DNA of 64,000 bases, taken from assembly GCA_030390025.1 (NCBI GenBank), contig CM059431.1, forward strand, positions 120,406,001 through 120,470,000, in the 5' to 3' direction. Shown in pieces: positions 12,848 to 25,137 of the stretch. The notes under the pieces were generated by a model. It was not told the DNA's origin, did no database searches, and worked only from the letters and a program-made list of their open reading frames with translations. Made by a program: the position numbers and the translations under genes. The DNA is from Squalus acanthias (Eukaryota). The stretch's first letter is position 1; every line of letters begins with the position of its first letter.

Positions 12848-14577
12848 TGTAAGGGGTTTTGGCGTGCTTGTATCACAGACGGTGCTGGTGCGAGGTTAGG
12901 CCTTCGTTGCCTAATACTATTGCTTGCTCTGGTCTCCGGCCAGCCTTGTTGCAATAAGCACCTGTAAGTGGTTCGACCCACTCGCCCTTACGGTTCTAAC
13001 ACTGGACTTAGGTGCAAGAGCAGTAATGCAGAGAAAAACTCAAATAGACCTGGTTGAATAGTACGAAATGGAAATCTTTATTGCATAGCATCCAAAATCA
13101 TGAAGTACATGTCATAGGCACAAATTAACGAGAGTACAAGTATACATACATTCATAAAGCTTGCTCTATGGTAATGAAGAACGCACGGCACATCGTAAAA
13201 AGGGGAACACATTATACTTTAACCTTAATAAAACCACCCTCCCCTATCAATACCTACACTACGTCTAGATTTGTAGGATCGGGAAACATGCTCACCACTC
13301 GTGATACTTCGGAGAATTTTAAAGTGAGGCACTCGGCTCGTTCGTTGCAGCGCCTGACTGTCACATGTTTGGAGGTGTCTCTGTACCCCACTTGTTTATC
13401 TTCGCTGCTGCTGCAAGCAGGCCGGGCTCCCCGTTGTCATGAAGAACTCGACAGAACTCGGGCCCGGCTGTAGAACTCAAAGAAAAGTCTTCCTGTACCG
13501 ACACCAGTTGTCGGTAGAATTCAAAGAAGAGTCTTTCTTGTTGTTATGAGGAATTCGATGGACCCAAAACTGGTTCATGCAATAACCCGTAGAATTCAAG
13601 AAATGAGTCCTATATTTTCGGGCGTGGTCGGGGTTTACTGACTACGGCGGCACGTGGATTCTTCTTTTCTTGTCATTTCGTCTTGTCTTGTTGGGCCTTC
13701 GGGTCCAGACACCGTTTACCGCCTCTCGGGATGGTGCACCCGGTCACTTGCCCTTGTCGAGGCGGCTCATTCCGATTGAGCTCCACTCAACATTCGAATA
13801 ACCGTCCAGTACGACTAAAAGTCCAGAGTCAACAGAGTCCAGCCCTAGAGAAGAGCTTCAGCCCGCGATCGAGCGAGTCAGGAGAATAAGAATTGAATCA
13901 AGGGAATAAGAGTTCAGCCCGAGTCAAGAGACCGATGGACATTTGTTCACTATAGTTATAGTGCTGTGTTCCCTTATCTCCCGCCCAAATCTTAATGTTT
14001 GTCCTTTGTGAAATATTGGCGCTCAAAACTCCCAACATGGGGAGATTCTTGTCTTTAACGGGTTTCGGTAGCACCTGAAACTGGCCAACTACCCGTTAAT
14101 GTTTTCCCCATTGTTGACCCAGCCAGGATCGTATGAATCGTCTCCCTGACTGGTTTTGGGGGCCCCCGAATACTTGTTTAATCACCCGTCAATGTCTCTC
14201 TCATTGTAGAGCCGTGGGGGTATTTGTGTATTGATGTGTCTGGATGGGCCTTCGATTGCCCAGTACAATGGTCCTTACTTGTGCATGGAAAACGATTCCA
14301 GCACTTATATCTTTTGCTATTGTCACAAATGCAAACAGGTTGCATCCTGTCTTTATCAGTGTTTATCGAGTATGATCCCGTCTTATATTGAAATGTTTAT
14401 TCGAACGCCATCTTCTCTGCCCACTGTATTTCTGGAAGCTTCTGCCACAATGCGCGGCGGCCATTTTACAGGCTTCTGTGTCCTTTATATCATGACAGCA
14501 TTTCGTTTAATAAAACTGATCAAACGAATCTGCTTCTATCTTGTTATTTCGAATCGCGATAATTGCGAAACTTTACA
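12848..14577 (-). mobile_element. Probable long solo LTR (ERV/Gypsy-type); right boundary uncertain (14470 or 14577)
   Basis: TGTAA...TTACA termini; near-TSD GAGA/GAGG; CpG-richer than its flanks; AATAAA on the - strand at ~13080; TATA-like element at ~13955; short internal direct repeats (TAGAAYTCAA). Confidence 0.55.
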
Positions 14578-14924
14578 GAGGCTCTACAGGACTAAGGAAA
14601 AAATGAGTGAAGAGGCTTTCTCAAATACTAACTGTGAAAAATGTGATTGTTTTGATGACCCAGAATAACCGCTAATCATAATGCAGCTGCTATAATGGTC
14701 TTTCTACAATTCTGAAGTAGTTAATTAAGCCACTCAACACCTAAATTAGTTTTAAACATCTCAAGTGCAGTTAAGTTTTATGGGCGAGCTTTGGAAGTGC
14801 TAGTAAAGGCTGTCATGTAGTAACATAAGGACACTTTGCTTGATCAGTACAGACTGCAACATGCAAAAATATGCCCCAAAAAGCAATTATATGTTTCTGG
14901 AGAAAGACGGGATTAAGGAATAAG

Positions 14925-16133
14925 GGGGGAAATTTTCAACGTCGTCACCTGGGCAGTAACCTGGTGGAGCAGATCAACCCCTTTACAGAACCTGACCGAT
15001 TTCCGTCCCATGAAAATCAACCATCAAGAGGAAACAAAGGCCCCGATAATAACACTGAGGTGCCTTTGTAGCTGGGGGGGGGGGGGCGGGGGGCGGGGGG
15101 TGGTGTGGCAGGGGGTGCGATATCGCGTGGGAAACCCGAAAGAAGTTTCAGCCGGTCTGTCTGTGGTTTTAACTACAGCCACCTCATTATCATTTTACTT
15201 CCGGGTTTGCCGTCGATTGCACGGCAGTGGGCGTGGTTAGGACCCGCATGACGCAATCTCAACTCCAGTATTTATAGGGCCAATTCATAGATGGAATTTG
15301 GAGGCATTGGGAGTTTCAACAAAGAGTGGGTGAAGTCTCATCATGGACTCAGGATGCTCAAAGGCTGCGTCCCGCTTCAACAACAAATCCATTGGTATAC
15401 TGCTGGGGCCAGTGAGGAGTTGGAGAGAGATACTCTTCCCCAGCAACGGGAGGAAGAAAACAACTGCTGCCACGAAGAAGACGTGGCTGGAGGTGGCCCA
15501 AGATGTCAGCAGCAGGAGTATTGTGCCACACTCCTGGCTTCAGTGCAGGAAATGCTTTGATGACCTAACCAGGTCAGGAAAGGTGTGTCAGTTGCATGCT
15601 TTTGTATGCATCTACTCCCCTCACTCTGCCTTGTCAAACCTGCTCTATCACATCACTCCTCACAACCACTTACCTTGTAAGCGCACTCATCCTTCTCTTT
15701 CTATGCACTTCCTCACATCCTCATCTATCCATCCACCACTGCCACTTACCCTGATCATTATGCAATGTGATGCCTCACCCTCATAGGCACCCTCACCAAA
15801 TGCACTGTATCCATTGGGTGGACACATGCCATTACAGACAGTCATATGTCTGTTCTTTCCTCTGTTGCAGGAGAAGAGAACACAGAACACGCGGGACAGG
15901 GAGAGAACCAGTGGTGATCCTCCACAGATCTCACAGCTGACAACTGCAGAGGAGGAAGCGTCATCACAGGCGAAGTTGACATAATTGCCAGCCCTGGCAA
16001 CAAGCCATCAGTGACCTGCCTTATCCATTTTTGTGCAGCTGACAGGGCCTACGGGAAACCCGTTGTCCCGGGTTTCCCATCCGCCTCGGAGCCCCCCCTC
16101 CCCAAACCTGCCTTCTCTATTAAATTTCAGCCC
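14925..16133 (+). mobile_element. Internally deleted Harbinger derivative retaining Myb/SANT exons 1-2 (left boundary uncertain)
   Basis: 15343-15582 AASRF..REILFPSNGRKK..WLEVAQDVSSRSIVPHSWLQCRKCFDDLTRSGK|GT; acceptor TTGCAG|EKRTQN at 15871; right TIR-like TAAATTTCAGCCC. Confidence 0.75.
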
Positions 16134-17072
16134 GTTGTGTGTGTATGTGTGAGAGTGAGAGAAATGACATGGCCTACTGATTATACATGTTATAGCTTTT
16201 ATTTTCTGTTCTCCAAACTTCAGAAAGTGAAGTGTATCCTTCTTTCATCTTAACTTTAGGTCGTATTTAAAACAAACCAAGTTAAATTTAGAAGCAAGCA
16301 TTAAGCTTTCATTTAACCAGTGTTATGTTGCCTGAAAATTGAAATATTCTAATTGCTGACACCTGTGTGACAGGGAGAGAGAGCGATAGAATGAGATGTG
16401 CAGTGTGTCTTTCCTCATTCTAATGCATTTTTTTTTAAATCCCACAATTAAACAACATTTTGAAAGCATAGTATTTTTGAGGAAAATAGATAGGAGCCAA
16501 GGGGTTGGGGGAAATCGGTTCAGAGAGTGGGTGAATGGGAGAGTGGAAATGAGGTGGAGTGAATGGAGGGTTAAGGGTATGGCATGTGATCTGAGGCAGG
16601 GGGAGGGGAGGTTACAGGGGTTGATATGGGTAGTTCAATGGGGAAAAGGCAGGGGTAGCAATGTGAATGAGTCTGGGTAACAATGGAAGTGAGGGGCTAA
16701 TAAGAAGGAGAGGGGGCTGTGGGAAGGCAAAAGGATAGGGGACATAGTAGGAGTGAGGGGGTGGGGGGTGCAAAGGCAACTGCTGAGGGCCACAGTTTCT
16801 CCACAACTTCCAATGGAAAATGCAGCCTACAGTCATTGGAGGCTCTTATTACCTGCCACATCCCACGACACCCACTTCCTCCCACCCAAAAGAAAAATAC
16901 AGAAAGAGAAAAAAAGTTAGGGAGAGAGAAACAGAAGAGAAAGAAAGAGTGAGAAGCAGAAGAATAGAGACAAACAGCAAGCAACATGAGGACAATAGAG
17001 AAAGGTAGGAAAGAGACTATACTCTCTGACTTACTGCGTGTAACGCAATGGGAGATCCACTAATATTATATT

Positions 17073-17957
17073 GGCCCTAAATATGCGGTCGGAGGCTTCC
17101 CGTGGGGAAATGCTTCCGATCCACAAATAAAATGTCCTCGTACCTGGTGGTCTGGGAGGTATGCAGATTCGCGGTCCTGGGCCTCTCCGGGTACCCACGG
17201 GTAGAAGCCCACGTATCCAGGGGACGTATGCGGTTCACAAGTGCCCCCGGGATCACGTGGGCCGGCCCAATGAATAAAAGAAGGGAATCCCCATTCATGC
17301 TTATTCCTGCACCCTTCAGCTCGAAAATTATTTGCGCCATAACTTGCTGCAAGTGTGAGTTGATAATGGCACAGCATGGGCAATGGGGCATCTGGGACCT
17401 TAGTGAATGATGGGACCAAGAGTCTGTCTCCTTAAAAATGAGATTTAAGGATTGAGAAAGAAACAGAGGAACAACAGAGGAGGGTGAATTTGAGTCAAAT
17501 CAGGTACAGAAAGAGGAATAAAGAGAGGGAAAGAAAGATTGGATTAAGAGAGAGAGAATAAAGAGACAGAATGGAAAAGTAAGTAAAAAAAAAATTGAAA
17601 TTTTTTTAAAATCCAAGAAAAATTTGATGCAGGAATGAAATTGAACAGTTTTGATTTGTGTTGCATTAACAATTATCACATTGTTAAAAGGGTGCTTAGG
17701 CTCTTAATCACCAGCCCTAACATTCTACGGCATGTTTAATGGGCAAATCCAGCAAGTTCTTAAAAAAACGAGGAGGCTCAGGGCGAGATGCCGTTTGTGC
17801 GACGCAAACAGTGGAGCGATGTAAATCGACCAGCAAATTCTGGAGATTCGCAACTTACGCCGTATCTTTTCATCCTCTGAACATGCTGGCTGATTTGCGT
17901 ATTAATAAAAGGTGTGCATCGTTAACACGTAATTATTTTTCCAGCAAAATTTGGCCC
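17073..17957. mobile_element. Harbinger-type non-autonomous element (~885 bp)
   Basis: Imperfect TIRs GGCCCTAAATATGC / GCAAAATTTGGCCC; ATT on both flanks; internal sequence shared with 19590-19690 and 23030-23612. Confidence 0.7.
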
Positions 17958-19693
17958 ATTGTGTATTATATGGAACAAGACACATATCAGGAGCAAACAG
18001 CATGTCCTCCAACTTACCATGAACAACACCATGGGTGATCCGCTAACATTTATAAATAGTTTTAAGGATACATTTAGAAATGGCCTGCTCCCGCTGGGTG
18101 AGGCTCAATGCCCCGTGTGTACCATTGAACAATTTACCCTCTAGTATTATTCTTAGACTTTTTTTTAATGTTGCAATGTCACATATATCAACATATGTAT
18201 ATATGTGTATGTATGTGTCTTTATTTATAGCGATTTCATGGTTTACCAGATTTAGAGTTATTGGAACATTGACACCTATGTTTTCATTTACAAAACCATG
18301 GCAGCTGGTACCTTCTTTCAGTGAATAATTTAATTTGCAAATTCATTTATGTATTGACAGAGCTATCAGTCAACTCTTCCTGCCAATACTATTGGTTCCT
18401 GTTTTCTCCACTTCTAATTGGTATTTAATTATCAAGTCCCATTCATTGTCGACTTATGTGGGCCAGAGAGGCAAAGAGATCAATCATGATATCTGAAGCA
18501 AATCTTCAACATGGCAAAGGTTCCCTCAATTACACTATAAGTGGAATAAATGCCTGACAATATCTCTCCTCAGCAGATGTCTCTGTATTTAACATTAACA
18601 TCATCATCGAGGCTCCAGGACATAACCAATCTCATCTACTAAATGCCCTTGAACACTCGAGTCTGTTTTAAACCTCCACTAGATAGAAGATTGAGAATGG
18701 AATAGTCATGTAAATATGCAAGGTAATCAATTAATGATCATACACATGCTGATATAATAGTAGCATAAATAACAAACATTTTTTGAATAAAACTCTTTCT
18801 ATTGTGGAAAGCAATTTACTTCACTTAAAAAGCACGCTTATGCAGTTTGTTCTTCCTGCTCACAGGTCACAGGGAAACAGATGCAACAACTTGCTTGATT
18901 GATCAAAGTAGCTGTTATCTAACAAAAATATGCATTGCAGACTGGCTGATGACTGTCACATCATCGGCACGGGTTTGAAAAGAACCAGTGGCATAGAAGA
19001 TGAGCAGTTCAGTCACCTTCATGGCTATTGCAAGGCCATACTATTAACTCTCTAAATCCACTTACAATGTCATATGTAAATCTCTGCCTGCTTGTTCAAT
19101 CTGTAGCATGGTTTTTGCCAGATAGAGTGAGCAAACTAAATTAGGGAATATGGACAATGAGGTCTTTTACTTGGTCGCATTGTTCTCTTAGCATGCAGTC
19201 ACAGCCATTCTTTGGCACTCTGAGCAGCTTTTTGTCTTGCCAGCTAAACGGAGCTTGTTCTGTTTAATTTCTCCAGGGATTTGCTCTGCTTTTAGGAGGA
19301 GAAAATTAAAATTTGAGTGGAATAAAAAGAAAACTTCGGATGCAGTTACTGGTGCACATCTATCATTTGTAGAAATGATTTGTGCAAGTAAACTATTTGC
19401 TGCTGTACCTGGGTAAAGGCTGAGTCCTTTGTATTCTATAATACTTTTCGAGAGGAAGGGATCTCACAATTCTTTGATAGAATATTGCAGAGGAGATGCA
19501 TGTTTTGGTCACTCTACTCCAGGATAATGCTTTCCTTGCACTGTGTATAAAACTAAATGGATGGAATGATGGGGATATGGTCATCTTGCAGAGTGCCCCG
19601 TTAGTTAGACTATTTCCCTGCAATGCTGCAAGTTGCTGGAAGTGTCAGCTGATAAAGGCACGGCAAGGGCAATGGGGCATCTGGGACCTTGGA

Positions 19694-20113
19694 CAACAAA
19701 AACAACAACAACTTGTATTTATATAGCGCCTTTAACATAGTAAAACATCACAAGGCACTTCACAGGAGCGTTACCAAACAGAATTTGAGAACGAGTCACA
19801 GGAGATATTAGCACAGATGACCAAAAGCTTGTCAAAGAGGGAGGTTTTAAGGAGTCAGGCGATGCTACAGAGGTGGAAGTAGACGGTCTTGGTGATGGAG
19901 CAGACATGTTGTCAGAAGCTCATCTCGGGATCAGATACAACACCAAGGTTGCGACGGTCTGGCTCAGCCTCAGACAGTTGCCAGTGAGAGGGATGGAGTT
20001 GGGAGCTAGGGACCGAAGACAATGGCTTCGGTCTTCCCAATATTTAGTTGGAGGAAATTTCTGCTCATGCAGCACTGGATGTCGGACAAGCAGTGTGACA
20101 AATCAGAGACAGA
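19694..20113 (-). mobile_element. L2 LINE fragment, internally deleted
   Basis: CLSDIQCCMSRNFLQLNIGKTEAIVFGP; L2-type 3' end ...AAAGGCGCTATATAAATACAAG(TTG)n on the - strand. Confidence 0.85.
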
Positions 20114-20129
20114 GGCTGGAAATTCGGTG

Positions 20130-21342
20130 ACGCGATTGCCCCATGTCTTCAGGGCAATGTGGAGGGAAGTGGCACAGGACATCTCGGCCAGCCATGTGGT
20201 CCTCAGGACCCTTACACAGTGCCGTAAAAAATTCAACGACCTCACTCGGGTGGTCAGGGTGAGTACATGCTTCAACAAGTCCTACATACCAGGATCTGAC
20301 CCTCAGTCTGTACACACTGCACAAACCACCACACCCCCACCACTCACCCACCAAGCATCTCCACCTACTTAAACTCACATCCACATCTCACGCCTTGCCG
20401 ACAATCACAGCTATTCAACTATGGCAGGCACATCTCCCAAACACATAGCTGCACACTCACTCACACACTTTCCTTTCTCTTGCAGGCCAAGCTGGGCCAC
20501 AATAGGCGGGAGCAGCAACGAACAGGCAGGGGTGAAGCAGACATCCAACAGCTTACAGATCTGGAGGAGTTAGTGTTGAGAGTCATTGGGCGCCAGGTGG
20601 TGGGCGCCGTGGCTGTCGGCGACATCGACCCGCTTGATGGCAACAACGGCATGTTCATCCCCTCTCCTTCTCTCATCCCACTTCCCCCTCACAGCACAAG
20701 CCTTTCTCATTTTCCAGCTCATTATACTGTCTGCATTCCTTGCACCCTTCCTGCCCCCTTGCCCTCACCTTAACGCGAGTCTTGTGCCTTTATGCTTTCA
20801 GGTAATCAGCAACCAGATGACCAGCCTGTCCCTGAGCCTCCCAGTGAGAGTGAGGCGGGAGAAGAGGAGGAGGAAGAAAGCACTGTGTCACTGCATGTCT
20901 CACCCACAGGCAGCACCATACTGGGACTATGTAATCTTTAGAGGCAAGTTTGGTAGAGGGGTCTGCACTGGGTGATGCACTGGGGACGAGCGGGCTGCAA
21001 CAAGGCCAGGGGGAAAGGATAGCTCGGGAGGCAGGTCTCCGGAGGGCGAGTTCGCACGCGAGTTCTGCTGCACAGGACTCAGATGAGGACCTCGATAGGG
21101 AGGCATTCACAAGAAGGGTGATGGGCATGCACACGGAAATCATAAGTGCAATGGCAAGGGTGCCCGAGAGCCTGTCGACAATGGTAAGGAGCATGGAGGA
21201 GTCCGCCTCCAACAGTGCACAGAGCTCTGCGCACACCATGGAGCCCATCTTGGCAGTCTGCAAAGGATGCTGGACTCCCTGAGAGACCGTGGGGACCCAG
21301 ACCTTATGCCGAGTATCATGGGCGATGTGGCAGCATCCACTG
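20130..21342 (+). pseudogene. Harbinger Myb/SANT-like DNA-binding protein, three degenerate exons
   Basis: WREVAQDISASHVVLRTLTQCRKKFNDLTRVVR|GTGAGT (20258); TTGCAG|AKLGHNRREQQRTGRG (20486); exon 3 from ~20802 with a predicted coiled-coil segment. Confidence 0.85.
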
Positions 21343-21440
21343 CAGTGGGAAAGTGGAGTTGAGGTCGATGATCATCCATGATCTTACTGAATGGCGGAGC
21401 AGGCTCGAGGGGCCATATGGCCTACTCCTGCTCTTATTTC
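21343..21440 (+). mobile_element. CR1 3'-end fragment
   Basis: GAATGGCGGAGCAGGCTCGAGGGGCC..CCTACTCCTG followed by (TTCTTATG)n. Confidence 0.85.
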
Positions 21441-22528
21441 TTATGTTCTTATGTTCTTATGCCCTCCTCCTTGTCCTCCTCCTCTCCCTCTTCCCCCTCC
21501 TGAGGTGGTCCTGCTATACCTGGTGCCAATGGTTGGGCTCTCATGATGGCCAAGTTGTGCAACATGCAGAACACCACGACAAAAAGGGACACCCACTCAG
21601 TCAAGTACTGGTGGACTCCTCCCAAGCGGTCAAGGCAGCGGAACCATTGCTTGAACACCCCGATGGTCTGCTTGATGATGTTTTTTGTGGCGGCATGTCT
21701 CTCATTGTATGAGTGCTGAGCAGCAGTGTTGGGGTTGCGGTGGGAAATCATGAGCCAGGTGGAGATCAGATAGCCCTTGTCTCCGACCAGCCAGCCGTGA
21801 GCTTCATGTGGTGGCTGGAAGAGTGCTGGAACATCGGTATGGCGCAGGATGAAGGCATCGTGGCTGCTGCCAGGATAGCGGGCATTGACATTGAGGATTC
21901 ATTGTCTGTGATCGCACACCAACTGCACATTAAGTGAGTGGTATCCTATGAGTTACAGAATACCTCAGGATTGTTATGCGGTGCCCGCAAAGCCACATGG
22001 GTGCAGTCAATGGCGCCCTGCACCATGGGGAAACCCGCTATCCTGGTAAAGCCACATGCATGCTCGTCCTGCTTCTCTCTGGTCATGAGGAAGGAAATGT
22101 AGTCCATTCTCCTTCTGTAGAGAGCCTCTGTGACCTCCCGGATGCAGCAATGGACGGTGAACTGTGAGATGTTAGATGTGTCTCCTGCTGCAGACTGGAA
22201 GGATCCGCTGGTGTAGAAATTGAGGGCGACGGTGACCTTGACTGCCACTGAGAGCCGTGGTGGTCCTGATCAGCTCGAGGACTGGCTGCAGGAGGTAGCA
22301 GAGCTCTGTGACCACCTCCTTGCTGAAGCAGAGCCGTCTAAGACACTGCTCCTCAGTTAAATTTATGTAGGAGAAGTGCTCCCGGAATACCCTGGGAGGG
22401 TAAGGCCTTCTGTTGACAGCCCTGTTGGCCCTCCTCCCTCTGGTCACATTTTCCAATCTTTGTCTCTGCCTCCAATGCCTCCAACGTAGATGCTGGAGGG
22501 CGGGGTCGAGTGCCAGTACAGCCCCCAT
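21441..22528 (-). pseudogene. HARBI1-type DDE transposase, frameshifted
   Basis: VKVTVALNFYTSGSFQ, GFPMVQGAIDCTHV, WLVGDKGYL, IKQTIGVFKQWFRCLD, CMLHNLA, acidic tail. Confidence 0.92.
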
Positions 22529-23937
22529 TAACGTATCCAAGTGAAGGAGTTTGAAATCTCATCAAAATGAAACTGACAAATTTTTAGCAGCCAGAACACT
22601 CCTGAAAGTAATAAGCATTTACCTCACTGAAAACGGCTGTTTCCCTATGTTAAACTGAGAAGGCAGCATTGATTGACGACTAAAATCAAACCGGATGTTG
22701 ATGCCTTTAAATACCGCTCCTACATCGGCCATCCGACTGCATCACACCTCCTCTTCCAGCCGTTGTTCACGCCAGGCGCTAAGGCAGGGGGCGGCAGTCA
22801 ATTTTGCATCTGGGCCGTTAATGGGACGTTCCACATGCATCGACATCACAATCTGGCAGCCGCTAAAGGCGTAGGCGCTAAATGTTATCGGCAGCGCTAA
22901 ATCCCCGGTGAATGTCACATGCAGTGTTGGACTTGCCGCACCACCCCCCCCCCGCAAGCCCATTAGCACCCCGTTAGTGCCCACCTCAGCGCTAATTGGA
23001 GGTGCTAATGTGCCTAATTTCTCCCCCCAACAGTCTACCTCCATAACCAATAAAGTTTAAGGATTGTGAAAGAAACAGAGGAATGACAGAGAAGGAAATA
23101 GGGTGAATTAATGTCAAATCAGGTACAGAAAAAGAAATAAAGAGAACAAAGTAAAGATTGAATTAAGAGAGAGAGGAAAAAAAAGACAGGAAAAGTAAGA
23201 ACATTTAAAAAAAAATTAAAATCTCTAACAACAATTTACTACCTGTAGGTATCAGACGCCACAGTTTCAATTGTTCCATTTATGGACTGGAGAGGTTGAT
23301 TGGCATTGCAGGAACATAAATCATATAGTTAAAAAGTACTTACGCTGTTCGGTACCAGCCCTAACTTTGTGTGGCGAGTTTAATGGGCAACCAATGTGCA
23401 AATGTAACAACTTCATGAAACTCACAGGGAGGTTAAAGGCGATCTGCCGTTTTTGCAAGGCTAATAAGGGAGTGGGGCAAATCGTCCAGCAAAGTGTGGC
23501 GATTCGCAATTCACAGGGTATCTATTCCTTGCCACAAGTTGCTGAACTATTTACACATTAATAATGGTGAGCAGATTAAACTCACCGTTATTTTGGCAGG
23601 TAATTCTGGCCCAATAATTAGCTTTGAGTATGATACAAATCTGTAACAAACATATAAGGCTTTCAAATGATGTGATAAGCTTAAACATTGTGATGTATAT
23701 GAACTTGTTTGAACTGAGACTGGATGACTGCCTTGTGCAGTGCTATCTATGCATGCTTTTAAAAACCTAGATACATTTTGCTACATTTCTTCTGCCAGCA
23801 CAACAAGGCTTTCTCATTACTATTTGCATCTCCATGTTCATTTTTGTGACATAATTGCTCACAGGCAGACAGGAACATACATCAGAATCTGCACCAGGAT
23901 ATTTATTGTATAAACCTGTTCCATGTTAGTGTTAATA

Positions 23938-24068
23938 CAAAAGCAAAATACTGCGGATGCTAGAAATCTGAAACAAAAACAGAAAATGCTGGAAACACTC
24001 AGCAGGTCAGGCAGCATCTGTGGAGGGAGAAACAGAGTTAACGTTTCAGGTCGATGACCCTTCGTCAG
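23938..24068 (-). mobile_element. Short PLE pLTR-plus-tail fragment (family A-related) ending at the hammerhead core
   Basis: Homologous to 10252-10380; - strand CTGACGA-AGGGTC-ATC-GACCT-GAAACGTT-AACT at 24036-24068, with the 5' arm of stem I missing. Confidence 0.85.
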
Positions 24069-24410
24069 CCTACCCCGCATGCCTGAATTTCTGGGCCCTT
24101 ATCATTTAAACCAGCTTTTGAAATATAGAAAATCTCTCAATTTTACAAATGCGTATGCATTATTCAGCAGTTTAGTGCAATAAGACAGCATGTCATTCAA
24201 GCAATTCCAGATAGAATCTCTCACTATAAAACTCTTTAAAAATGGAAATAAAGTCTTTTTGCGTAGGTGAAATCCCTGCACGACTTGTGTAACTAACTGA
24301 CAGCAAGAAAGATTAATACTTATCACAAATGTTTTATTTTAGACCAATTTATCACTCAAAAGTAGAACATTTCACGCATAAAGTTTTAAATGAATATTCT
24401 AAAAGTGAAA

Positions 24411-25137
24411 AGGGGAAAAATTGGGTAGGTTTGCACCTCTCGTTAGTGCCCCCAGGGGGCGCTAACGGGGCGCAAATCCCCTAGCGCCCGGGCGCGGCAC
24501 CACTAACGCCTCCTGCGAAAGTCAGCGGGAGGTTAGCGGCGGCGGTAGCCGATAGCACCCTGCACCACTGGCGATGATGTCATCACCGTGCACAGCACCC
24601 CGCTTGCGCCCCGGCCGCAAACTTCCCTTGCGCCCCTTGACCTATTGCCGGACGACATGTCCGACAGGTTCAGGGGGCGGTTTTGCAGCAGCGGCGGCGC
24701 TACTTACAGGGCGGGTGTCGGGCAGCCATTTTTATTTTGGCCAACTACCAGCACCTGCCCCCTTTCACTTTTTTATGCTGGGTGCTGGCCGCGATCGCTC
24801 AGCCCGGCACTCCTCTTGCGAGCTGGGCTGTTTTCACGGCACCCCACTCCCCGGTGGTCCAGCAGGGCCCTGGTGCACACGGCGTTAGGCCCCTCCCCTT
24901 TAATCAGGGGAGGAGGCCTGGAATGATGCGGCGCTATGTGCCGCCTCGCGTGGTGCCGTGAAATTCAGTAGTAGCGCCCCAAGAAGGAGGTGGAACGCTT
25001 TCCAGTAGCGCCCCACCTCCTGCTTGGGGCGCTACTACTGAATTTACGTTGGAGGGGTGCTAACTTTATCGAGGAGCTAAAATTAGCGCCCCGGTGACGT
25101 TAGTGCCCCAAAATGGGTGCTACCCAATTTTTCCCCC
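24411..25137. mobile_element. Young GC/CpG-rich Harbinger-type MITE (~727 bp)
   Basis: Perfect 17-bp TIR GGGGAAAAATTGGGTAG (24412-24428 / 25120-25136); flanks AAA / TAA; many TAGCGCC/GGCGCTA motifs. Confidence 0.88.

Larger units (their letters stand above)
20115..23028. mobile_element. PIF/Harbinger transposon, left-truncated, with convergent Myb/SANT (+) and transposase (-) pseudogenes
   Basis: Both gene remnants present; TIR-like end CTAATTTCTCCCCC with subterminal GCGCTAA/TTAGYGC repeats, similar to the ends of 24411-25137. Confidence 0.85.
19590..23612. mobile_element. Second copy of the 17073-17957 family, split by an L2 fragment and a Harbinger (left boundary uncertain)
   Basis: GGGCAATGGGGCATCTGGGACCTT at ~19667-19690 and ~17378-17401; similarity resumes at ~23030 (TTTAAGG..GTCAAATCAGGTACAGAAA) and ends at AATTCTGGCCC 23612. 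Confidence 0.65.

Noticed and set aside
24411..25137. CpG island or host promoter
   Set aside because: The GC/CpG-rich segment is bounded exactly by 17-bp TIRs and is better explained as a young MITE.
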